Origin: an uncultured cyanobacterium | Lineage (GTDB): Bacteria; Cyanobacteriota; Cyanobacteriia; Phormidesmidales; Phormidesmidaceae | Direction of reading: 5' to 3' | Assembly: GCA_963793265.1 (NCBI GenBank) | Contig: CAWBZI010000001.1 | Coordinates: 1,024,001 to 1,088,000, forward strand | Length of the DNA stretch: 64,000 nucleotides | In this document: in pieces, positions 29,793-38,002 of the stretch | How the letters are laid out: every line of letters begins with the position of its first letter | Numbering within the stretch: the first letter of the stretch is position 1 | Translations under genes and position numbers: made by a program | The notes under the pieces: model-generated | The model's database searches: none | The model's input: the letters and a program-made list of their open reading frames with translations, nothing else | Told to the model about the DNA's origin: nothing

Positions 29793-30833
29793 ATGGGAAA
29801 AAGTGGCGGATTCTTTTTTGCAATAGCAGCCATCGTCATGTCGGTTGTTATTTGGGGCAATCCTATCGCCCCGCTGATAGAGGTCTTTTCTCCGGCTGAG
29901 ATCGTCCCGCTTCCGGCTAGCACGTTAGCCAGCACCGGGCTAAACCTCAATGTTGAAGAAGCTCGGCTCATGGCTCATGTTGAAGCGATCGCCCAGCCCC
30001 GCGCAACGCCTGCTCAAAAAAAAGTCGCTCGTCGTTACATTATCGAGCAGCTTTCGGCCTACGGACTTACACCAAGGCAACAGCAATACGGTTCTGGGCA
30101 AAGCGTTTCTAGCGGCGTTAATATCATTGCCGAGATTCCAGGTAGTAATCCAGCGGCGGGCACGATCGTTTTAGGCGCACACTACGATACCACCGCAGAT
30201 TCGCCGGGTGCAGATGATAACGGGAGTGCGATCGCCGCCCTTCTAGAAACAGCCCGCATTTTCTCCACACAGCAAGCCGCGAGCACCACCCCAAAAGGCT
30301 TGAAGATTGTTTTCTTTGATCAAGAAGAACGCCAGCTCGACGGCAGCGGCTTATTAGGGAGCCTGGCGTTTACAGAAGTTGCAGAGAATATTGCAAACGT
30401 AAAAGGCGCGGTCATTCTCGATATGATCGGCTACGCATGCCGCACACCGGGCTGTCAGAACTACCCACAGAATCTACCGATTCCAAACGTACCGGATACC
30501 GGTGAGTTTTTAGCCGTATTGGGCCTCGAAAACCACACCAATCTCATCGGCGCATTCATGCTTTCGGGCCAAACAACCCTACCTATAGTGCTGAGCCTAC
30601 CCATCCCAAAACTTACGCTCAATCTCTTCCCAGACCTGCTCCGCAGCGATCATGCTCCCTTTTGGGAGAAAGGCATCCCTGCCGTATTTGTTAACGACAC
30701 CGCCAACTTTCGCAACCCCAACTATCACACAGTCACCGACACGCCCAATACATTAGATAGGTCATTTTTCAGAGGCAGTTCGCAGCATGTCGTGAATGCG
30801 ATCGCCGCCCTCTTAAGTCAAACAGATGCCTAA
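29793..30833 (+). CDS. M28 family metallopeptidase
   Basis: GAHYDT, PGADDNGS, FDQEE, LDMIG, RSDHAPF, YH...D. Confidence 0.9.
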   Translation: MGKSGGFFFAIAAIVMSVVIWGNPIAPLIEVFSPAEIVPLPASTLASTGLNLNVEEARLMAHVEAIAQPRATPAQKKVARRYIIEQLSAYGLTPRQQQYGSGQSVSSGVNIIAEIPGSNPAAGTIVLGAHYDTTADSPGADDNGSAIAALLETARIFSTQQAASTTPKGLKIVFFDQEERQLDGSGLLGSLAFTEVAENIANVKGAVILDMIGYACRTPGCQNYPQNLPIPNVPDTGEFLAVLGLENHTNLIGAFMLSGQTTLPIVLSLPIPKLTLNLFPDLLRSDHAPFWEKGIPAVFVNDTANFRNPNYHTVTDTPNTLDRSFFRGSSQHVVNAIAALLSQTDA

Positions 30834-30861
30834 ACATTGTTTATAAAATTGGCGATTACTT

Positions 30862-31494
30862 ATGTTCGGCGCAGACCCTAAAAGCAAACACCCCATGGCG
30901 GGATTCCCACAGATTTGCTTCATTCAAAACACCGTGACAAACCCTAATATCATCATCGGAGACTACACCTATTACGACGATTCAGAAGATTCAGAGAACT
31001 TCGAGCGCAACGTTCTCTACCACTTTCCATTCGTAGGTGACAAGCTTATTATTGGGAAGTTTTGCGCGATCGCCCAAGGCACAAAGTTCATTATGAACGG
31101 CGCGAATCATCCGCTGACCGGCTTTTCAACCTATCCGTTTTACATCTTTGGCAACGGTTGGGAAACGGCAACGCCTCAGGCAAACGAGCTGCCTTGCAAA
31201 GGAGATACCGTTATCGGTAACGATGTATGGATTGGGTATGAAGCGATGATCATGCCGGGCGTACAGATTGGAGACGGCGCTATTATTGCTGCCAAATCTG
31301 TTGTAGTTACCGATGTTGACCCTTACAGCATTGTCGGCGGCAATCCAGCAAAACGTATACGGCAGAGATTTGAGGATAGTGTTGTGCGATCGCTCATCGA
31401 AATTGCCTGGTGGAACTGGGACATCGAGAAAATTACGCGCAACCTCAAGCAGATCACCTCAGCCGACATCAAAACGTTGAAAACATGTGATTGA
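30862..31494 (+). CDS. Vat/CatB-type xenobiotic O-acetyltransferase
   Basis: NIIIGDYTYYDD, IGKFCAIA, STYPF, GNDVWIG hexapeptide repeats, IAWWNW. Confidence 0.9.
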   Translation: MFGADPKSKHPMAGFPQICFIQNTVTNPNIIIGDYTYYDDSEDSENFERNVLYHFPFVGDKLIIGKFCAIAQGTKFIMNGANHPLTGFSTYPFYIFGNGWETATPQANELPCKGDTVIGNDVWIGYEAMIMPGVQIGDGAIIAAKSVVVTDVDPYSIVGGNPAKRIRQRFEDSVVRSLIEIAWWNWDIEKITRNLKQITSADIKTLKTCD

Positions 31495-31529
31495 GCGTTT
31501 AAGGCCCGTATTAGCCCAAAGCTGTTTTG

Positions 31530-32180
31530 CTACGCCTTTGCCATCCGCTCTTTCTCCAAATACTCAAAAACGCTTTTATCACCAATATCCGGTGGAATAG
31601 GCTGAATTGCTTTGCGTACGGCAAACACCGCAAATAAAACAGCCCAAACTGCGAGCATTCCCCGCTCTGTACTTACCGAAAGCACGCCTGCCATATGGCC
31701 TAGCAAAAGTCCTGGCACAATAAATACTAAAAACTTAGTTTCTAGCCGGTTGAAGCAAAAAGCCTCTTTCACAAAAATGCCGGTCAGTGCGGCAAAGGTA
31801 AAGCCGATGCCAAAAATCGTCAGCGGCTGCGCGTAGGCAGTGAGTGCTAAAGGGGTGGAATAGAGTAAGGCGATCGCTAAACTCGCCACACCGCCAATCG
31901 CCCAAAACACCTTAAGGGCCTGATGCAAAGGCCGCAGGTAGATGTGAATCTTGAAAAAGCTCACGCCCAAAGCACACCACATCACGGCATAACAGACAGT
32001 CGCAATCCAGGGCGTAGCCTCCAAATCTAAAAGAACGCAGCCAACAGCAGCAGCGAAGCTAGTAGCAGCAATAGCCAGCCCAGCGCGATAAAGAATCACT
32101 TCCTGGCGGTCGCCCTTGTCTACCGTAAACGTTCCAAACTGACCCTCGTATACATCCGAAGGTATCTGTTGAGCTGTCAT
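31530..32180 (-). CDS. DUF2301 membrane protein
   Basis: Y.GQFG.F, HIYLRPLH, KEAFCF, DIGDKSVF. Confidence 0.88.
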   Translation of the reverse strand: MTAQQIPSDVYEGQFGTFTVDKGDRQEVILYRAGLAIAATSFAAAVGCVLLDLEATPWIATVCYAVMWCALGVSFFKIHIYLRPLHQALKVFWAIGGVASLAIALLYSTPLALTAYAQPLTIFGIGFTFAALTGIFVKEAFCFNRLETKFLVFIVPGLLLGHMAGVLSVSTERGMLAVWAVLFAVFAVRKAIQPIPPDIGDKSVFEYLEKERMAKA

Positions 32181-32202
32181 ATTGCTAACCTCGCTTTACT
32201 CA

Positions 32203-32931
32203 CTACCAGTTACTATCATCGCGCCGCTTTGAAAACAAACCCAGCATCGGCCCTAAAATGACGCCAAAAACGAATCCGCCCGCGTGTGCCCAGTAGGCTA
32301 CACCCCCCGAGCCAGTATTAGCCATCGCATCTAAGCTCGCATAGCTGTAGAAAGACTGCTGGATAAACCACCATCCTAAAAAGAGGTAGGCCGGAACCGG
32401 AATTACAAAGAGCGCAATGAACGTTGAGATCCTAGCGCGTGGAAAGCGAATGATGTACGCGCCCATTACGCCAGCGATCGCCCCACTTGCCCCTACCGTC
32501 GGCACCGCAGAACCCGGCGCAAAAATCCACTGACTCAGCGCTGCTAACGCCCCGCAGGCCAGATAGAAAATCAGAAACTTAACCGATCCCAGCCGGTCTT
32601 CAATGTTGTTACCAAAGATCCATAGATAGAGCATGTTGCCGCCCAAGTGAGCTAGCCCGCCGTGTAAGAACTGAGAAGAGAACAGCGTAATCCACTCACT
32701 GCTCGCAGGCATGTTGTCAATCGGCAGCGGACACTGAAAGCTAACCGATAGAGAGCCTGGTAGCGAGCACGTTAGCTCCGCAGGCACCAGCGCCCAGGTG
32801 TTTATAAACTGTTGCAGTGCGCCGCTACCCAGCGACATCTCGTACAGAAAAATGACAACGTTCAGCGAAATTAAGGCATACACCACCACAGGCGTTGTGC
32901 TAATTGGGTTGTCATCTCTCAGAGGAACCAC
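32203..32931 (-). CDS. Rhomboid family intramembrane serine protease
   Basis: HLGGNMLYLWIFG, GASG, AHAGG. Confidence 0.93.
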   Translation of the reverse strand: MVPLRDDNPISTTPVVVYALISLNVVIFLYEMSLGSGALQQFINTWALVPAELTCSLPGSLSVSFQCPLPIDNMPASSEWITLFSSQFLHGGLAHLGGNMLYLWIFGNNIEDRLGSVKFLIFYLACGALAALSQWIFAPGSAVPTVGASGAIAGVMGAYIIRFPRARISTFIALFVIPVPAYLFLGWWFIQQSFYSYASLDAMANTGSGGVAYWAHAGGFVFGVILGPMLGLFSKRRDDSNW

Positions 32932-32954
32932 GGCATTTGTAATGAAGGTTGACT

Positions 32955-33866
32955 TTATCTTAGACAGAAATTCCAGGCTAAAACACCCGCTTCTGCATCC
33001 AAACGCACCCGCACCCCTACCGGCAAAGCAGCATTAGTGCCGTCGTGCCCAAACGGTAAATCTGAAACAATAGGAATGCCTAGCTCACCCAGGCGATCGC
33101 GCATCACCTCATCCACACTCAGCGACACCGACTCACCTGGCTCCCACCCGCTAAACCGACCCAGCGCAATCCCCTTCACCGCCTTCAGCCGCCCCATCGA
33201 TCGCCACTGCGTCAGCATCCTATCCAAGCGATAAGGCGCTTCGCCCACATCCTCAAACGCCAAAATCACATCGGTCAAATCAGGCTCCGCTGCCGTCCCA
33301 AGTAAATGAGTCGCCACACAAAGGTTTCCAGGCAGTAAAACGCCTTCAGCCGCTCCGCCGCCCCAGCCCTTGCCTTTAATAGGTTCAATTTGACGACCTT
33401 CGACCCAATCAAACAACCGTTTAACCGACCAATCAGGCTCATCAGCAAGCGTCGTCAATACCGGGCCATGAACCCCCGAGATACCGTGTTTGCTGAGGCT
33501 CCACAGCAGGCTAGTGACATCGGAAAACCCAATCAGCCACTTAGGTGCAAACGCGTCTAAAGCAGGCCAGGCCCAATCTTCCAACAACCGCGTACCACCA
33601 TATCCGCCTCTAGAACACAGCACGCCTCTGCACTCAGGATTTTGCAGCGCGCTCAATAGCTGCTGCCGCCGTCCGTCATCCTTTCCGGCCAAATATCCCC
33701 AGCGCGCATCATAGCCGTCTGCTCTCTGCACTTCGTAGCCGCGATCACGCCATACCGCTATCCCTTCCTCAAACGCCTCCGAAGCTTGCAGCCCGCCGCT
33801 TGGCGAAATCACACAGAGCAAATCTCCTGGCTTCAGCGGTGGTGGCACGCGGCAAGCAGCTTCCAT
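32955..33866 (-). CDS. LD-carboxypeptidase (S66)
   Basis: RGGYG, GFSDVT, EDVGE, FGH. Confidence 0.9.
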   Translation of the reverse strand: MEAACRVPPPLKPGDLLCVISPSGGLQASEAFEEGIAVWRDRGYEVQRADGYDARWGYLAGKDDGRRQQLLSALQNPECRGVLCSRGGYGGTRLLEDWAWPALDAFAPKWLIGFSDVTSLLWSLSKHGISGVHGPVLTTLADEPDWSVKRLFDWVEGRQIEPIKGKGWGGGAAEGVLLPGNLCVATHLLGTAAEPDLTDVILAFEDVGEAPYRLDRMLTQWRSMGRLKAVKGIALGRFSGWEPGESVSLSVDEVMRDRLGELGIPIVSDLPFGHDGTNAALPVGVRVRLDAEAGVLAWNFCLR

Positions 33867-34418
33867 TTAATAAGACCGAAACCTCAATCGATTGTGCTTA
33901 TCCACTTCGTAAGCCTCGCCCACGTAGCCAGTCCGGTTGTACATAATTTGGTGAATGTGTCGGTCTAGCTCACCTTCGTTATCAAAGCGATCGCGATAGT
34001 AGTCTTTAATATCTTCTTCCACACCTAAGCTAGCAAGCTGATAGTGCAGCGCCTGGCGATCGCCTGCAAAGTAAGCATCTCTAGCGGCCTGAGAGTGCCA
34101 AAACTTATTCACAATCCTATAGGGAACGCCCCCTAGAGTAACTCGCTCACTCACGAACAGTCCGCCCCAAGTCACGCTGCCAATGCCTAAAATAGCAACG
34201 GTTGCTGCCACCCGATATTGCCACTGCCTGAGCGGTTTTCGCTTATCGTGCAGCCGTTGAATGAGCCGACTAGGTTTGTTTTCGTGTTGCGATCGCTTGC
34301 GCCGTACCAAATTAAAAAACAGGCGATTGCGCTTCAAAGAGCTTTTAAGTCGCCGCTGCAAAAGACTTGGCATATCGCCTTCGGCATCGGGCAGGCGGGA
34401 ATGAGGCAAACGGGTCAT
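33867..34418 (-). CDS. Hypothetical membrane-anchored protein
   Basis: Single TM helix, GGVPY, LGVEEDIKDYYR, IHQIMY.RTGYVG; abuts the downstream gene. Confidence 0.7.
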   Translation of the reverse strand: MTRLPHSRLPDAEGDMPSLLQRRLKSSLKRNRLFFNLVRRKRSQHENKPSRLIQRLHDKRKPLRQWQYRVAATVAILGIGSVTWGGLFVSERVTLGGVPYRIVNKFWHSQAARDAYFAGDRQALHYQLASLGVEEDIKDYYRDRFDNEGELDRHIHQIMYNRTGYVGEAYEVDKHNRLRFRSY

Positions 34419-34602
34419 ACCAAAAACATCAGCGATTCAATAGTCAAGGCAAGCTTCCAAGCAAACCTTCATGGTTATATTTTCAAAGTATGAAGGAAGA
34501 AGCACTGCAACGCCTGTATCTGTGTCAGTAGATTCACACAAGGCAATCTTACTCAACGATTGCAGCAGCAATCACCATGCTGTTAGTGGTAGATGCTGTC
34601 GA

Positions 34603-35919
34603 TTACACGACTGTCTGTCCAATGACGGTTGAGCTGCTCATTTTGTTCAGATCACGCTGCATTGTTTGACGTAGATGCTCAGAGAGTTGATCGATAGTGC
34701 CAGAGCGATCGCGCTGATAGTCAGCTAAATAGTCTTTCAAATTAATTAAGTCACTAATATGAAAATAGGCTTTTCGCGGTGCTTTAGGCTGTGCGTGCTC
34801 CAAATGAAACACCTCTCGCTCCAAACGCATCAGCGTGTCTAGAAAGCGCTCCGGCGTGGGCGACTCAGCCACATAGCCATCATAGATAGCATCAAAATTA
34901 AGCAGCCGCACCGTATCCCAGTACAGCTCCTCTCTCGTCAGCTTTTTACCGGCCAGATCGTAGTCCCCTTCATCACCAGAAACTTCTGCCTCTTCTAACA
35001 AAGCCTGTACCTTATAGACGCGCTCTCGCAGCGGCAGGTTCGAGTTAGGCTCCAAATTCAAAGCAGCTTCACACTTTTGCAGAAAAACCTGCTTAAGCCG
35101 GTCAATTCGATGGTTCCAGTCCAAGTCGTCCTCATGAGGCAGATTGGCCTCTGCTTCTAGCTGCACAATTACCCGATGGGCCACTCGTCGCAGGCGAGCA
35201 TAGTCATCGTTAGCGCCATTGCTGCGATCAGTCTCTATAGGCGATAGCTTTAGCTGAGCTTCTAGCCGAGCCAGCGTAGACTCAATAACCCGGTGCATCG
35301 GCTGTCGGTACCGATACTTCAGGCAAAGGGGCACTACATAAAAGTCAGGCACGTCCTCGGGCGCTGATGCTTTTTTGGCAAGCTGCGCTAGCACAGACAT
35401 CGGCAGTTGAATTGCCCCTGATCGAAACGGCATAATCGTGTCGTTTTGATAGGAGCAGCCGCCCTCAGGAAAAATCACCAGGCGGCACTGCGGGCTTTTG
35501 AGCAGCGACAGCGTTTGGCTAATGCTGGCGCGATCGCCCATTCCTCGCCGAATCGAATAGCAGCCCAACCGCTGAATGAACCACCCCATCAGTCCCTTAA
35601 AAGACTCATAGGCCACCACGTAATGAAATAGCTGCCCTAACCGCGCCGACAGCACAAACAGCGTAATCCCATCCTCCATCGTCGGATGATTGCACACAAA
35701 CACTAGGCGCGCATCATCCACCGCTCGCACTTTGCCCACACCCGCCTCATCCACCGATATGTTGAACTTGTATAGCACTCTCGCCAGCGGATAAGAAATG
35801 CTTTGCACCAGCCGGGTCATCAGCGGCTTTTGCTTTGGCGGATAAAACGTCTGCACTGCCTCTTTAGAACTGTCCGATGAAGTCTTGTCTTGAGCCACGG
35901 TACGAGAATGGGCGGTCAT
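34603..35919 (-). CDS. PlsC-family acyltransferase
   Basis: NHPTMED (HX4D), IFPEG. Confidence 0.88.
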   Translation of the reverse strand: MTAHSRTVAQDKTSSDSSKEAVQTFYPPKQKPLMTRLVQSISYPLARVLYKFNISVDEAGVGKVRAVDDARLVFVCNHPTMEDGITLFVLSARLGQLFHYVVAYESFKGLMGWFIQRLGCYSIRRGMGDRASISQTLSLLKSPQCRLVIFPEGGCSYQNDTIMPFRSGAIQLPMSVLAQLAKKASAPEDVPDFYVVPLCLKYRYRQPMHRVIESTLARLEAQLKLSPIETDRSNGANDDYARLRRVAHRVIVQLEAEANLPHEDDLDWNHRIDRLKQVFLQKCEAALNLEPNSNLPLRERVYKVQALLEEAEVSGDEGDYDLAGKKLTREELYWDTVRLLNFDAIYDGYVAESPTPERFLDTLMRLEREVFHLEHAQPKAPRKAYFHISDLINLKDYLADYQRDRSGTIDQLSEHLRQTMQRDLNKMSSSTVIGQTVV

Positions 35920-35997
35920 AAGGTCACATCAACAAAATTCTATGTCCTTAAATATATAGACAAGCGCCCCTCTATGGCAGCGACGTGGGACAGCTAC

Positions 35998-36028
35998 AAA
36001 AAAGCACCCCTACCAAAGGCAGAGGTGA
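35998..36028 (-). terminator. Intrinsic terminator after the SMR/EamA gene
   Basis: Minus strand CACCTCTGCC-ttt-GGTAGGGGTG then CTTTTTTT. Confidence 0.75.
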
Positions 36029-36126
36029 GAAATGTCGTCAAAGTTGTGTGGATAGTTCTAATGTACTGCATTGCTATCACGCTGGCCACCACTCACAACA
36101 ACTCGACACAAACTTAAAAAAGTTGA

Positions 36127-36492
36127 TTAGCGAGAGATGACCAAGACAACACCACAGGCAATTAAGGCAACGCCTATCAAGCGTGAAACAGAAACAGCCT
36201 CTTTGAAAACAAAGATGCCAATGACAACTGAAAAAACGTAGATAAGCGCAGTGCTAGGGGCCGCTACGCTGAGCTTCACTTTACTCAGCAGCAGAATATA
36301 CGAGATCGCACTAAACCCGTAAAACCCTAATCCAATGATTAGTTCGGGGATAGCAATAGCGGCAAATACGCGAGCAGCAATACCAGAAGCTTCAATTGCA
36401 GCTATTTTAAGTGCGCCTGTCTTGAGCAATAGCTGACCGCAGGCCGCTGTGACAACAGAGAACAGAAGCAAACCGAGTTCTTGTGTATTCAC
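36127..36492 (-). CDS. SMR/EamA-like small membrane transporter (ArnE/F-like)
   Basis: Four TM helices, GQLLLK.G, LS.A.P, FKE.VS..RLIG. Confidence 0.8.
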   Translation of the reverse strand: MNTQELGLLLFSVVTAACGQLLLKTGALKIAAIEASGIAARVFAAIAIPELIIGLGFYGFSAISYILLLSKVKLSVAAPSTALIYVFSVVIGIFVFKEAVSVSRLIGVALIACGVVLVISR

Positions 36493-36563
36493 AGCGGCGG
36501 GGCATTATGCAAAAAGTGCAGGAGCTATCATACCAGGCTGTGACTGCGCTCACCTTTTCAAAA

Positions 36564-37517
36564 TCAGCCAGCCAAGTACTCACGCATGTCGCTCCGACGC
36601 TTGCGCAGCTTGGTTAAGGCTTCGCGTTCAATTTGACGAACGCGCTCACGGCTGATCTCTAGTACGGCACCAATTTTGGCTAGCGTCATGTTTTTGCCAT
36701 CATCTAAGCCAAAGCGTAGAGAGAGAACGCGCTGCTGCTGTGGCGTCAGGTCGGCTAAGAGCATCCGTAAGTCGCGCTTAAGTGAAGATTGTGTCGCAAA
36801 GTCGTCAGGCGTAAGGCCGTCATCTTCTAACAAATCGCTGAGCTGAGTGTCTTTGTTGTCACCAACGCGCAGATCGAGCGAAAGCGGCTGACGAGATTTG
36901 TCTAGGTAGTCACGCACCTGCTGAGTCGTGAGCCCGGTGTCTTCGGCGATTTCGGCCATGGTGGGCGCGCGGCCTGTCTTTTGGGCGAACTGGCGCTGAG
37001 ACTTTTTGATTTTGTTGAGCTTTTCGGTGATGTGGATGGGGAGGCGGATAGTGCGGCTTTTCTCAGCGATCGCCCGCGTAATTGCCTGGCGAATCCACCA
37101 GTACGCATAGGTACTAAAGCGATAGCCCTTAGCCGGGTCAAATTTCTCCACACCGCGCTGCATCCCAATCGTGCCCTCTTGAATCAAATCAAGCAGATCG
37201 ACATTGCGCTTGATGTACTTCTTAGCGACAGAGACAACCAGACGAAGATTGGCCTCTACCATCTTTCGCTTGGCCCTTTCTCCAGCTGCTACCGTAGCGG
37301 CTAGCTCAGCTTCAGATACGCCTGCGGCCTCGGCCCATTCGGCCTGGCTGGGTTCGCGGTCAAGCTTTTCGGCAAGTTCAGATTGCAGCGCGAGCAGCGA
37401 CATAAGCTGCTTTACCTGCTTACCCAAAATAATCTCTTCTTCGTGGGTGAGCAGTGGCACACGGCCAATCTCTTTAAGATAGGTACGGACTAAATCGGTC
37501 GAGGCAGCAGCTTTCAT
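36564..37517 (-). CDS. sigD: Group 2 RNA polymerase sigma factor, SigD-like
   Basis: [63 protein letters not shown]; short N-terminus; paralog name is less certain than the family. Confidence 0.8.
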   Translation of the reverse strand: MKAAASTDLVRTYLKEIGRVPLLTHEEEIILGKQVKQLMSLLALQSELAEKLDREPSQAEWAEAAGVSEAELAATVAAGERAKRKMVEANLRLVVSVAKKYIKRNVDLLDLIQEGTIGMQRGVEKFDPAKGYRFSTYAYWWIRQAITRAIAEKSRTIRLPIHITEKLNKIKKSQRQFAQKTGRAPTMAEIAEDTGLTTQQVRDYLDKSRQPLSLDLRVGDNKDTQLSDLLEDDGLTPDDFATQSSLKRDLRMLLADLTPQQQRVLSLRFGLDDGKNMTLAKIGAVLEISRERVRQIEREALTKLRKRRSDMREYLAG

Positions 37518-37666
37518 AAAAAATCGCGAATCGGGACAAGAGTAGTTCGCACATCGGAAGCTTTGTTTCTTAAGGAACCGAAGTCGTAAGAACTCAGGTT
37601 TGGAAACTAAAGCCTCTGGAGCCACATAACAAAAAAAGGAATCTTATGTAAGTCATAAGCGCCTCT

Positions 37667-37684
37667 TATGTTAAGTATTATAAC
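37667..37684 (-). promoter_or_regulatory. HLR1-like (RpaB) site upstream of the sigma factor gene
   Basis: GTTATAAT-ac-TTAACATA, each half 7/8 to (G/T)TTACA(T/A)(T/A), 10-bp period. Confidence 0.5.
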
Positions 37685-37887
37685 TTTTATGAGAAGGTTT
37701 TTATGTTTTTCTTTAGAAACTAATTTTTTAGGCGTTAAGAACAAGGAACCCTTTAGCGTCTTTTTAGCACTGCCTTCAAAAGCCGCAGCCTTTCTTTCAT
37801 AGGGAGATAGGACGGTGCTGTGTAATAAAATCCTACAGGGAATGCTCAGCAGCGGAGCGCAGGAAATATTAAAGGAATATGCAAATG

Positions 37888-37921
37888 TTTGTAAACTAAT
37901 TAACTTTGTAAACTAATTAAC
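37888..37921. repeat. Perfect 17-bp tandem duplication TTTGTAAACTAATTAAC x2
   Basis: Copies at 37888-37904 and 37905-37921. Confidence 0.9.
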
Positions 37922-38002
37922 CTCACTCCCAAAAACCATACATTGCACCTCAGACATATTTTGTTCGACCCAATACTGTTTTTCTCCCTTTAGAAACAGC
38001 AG

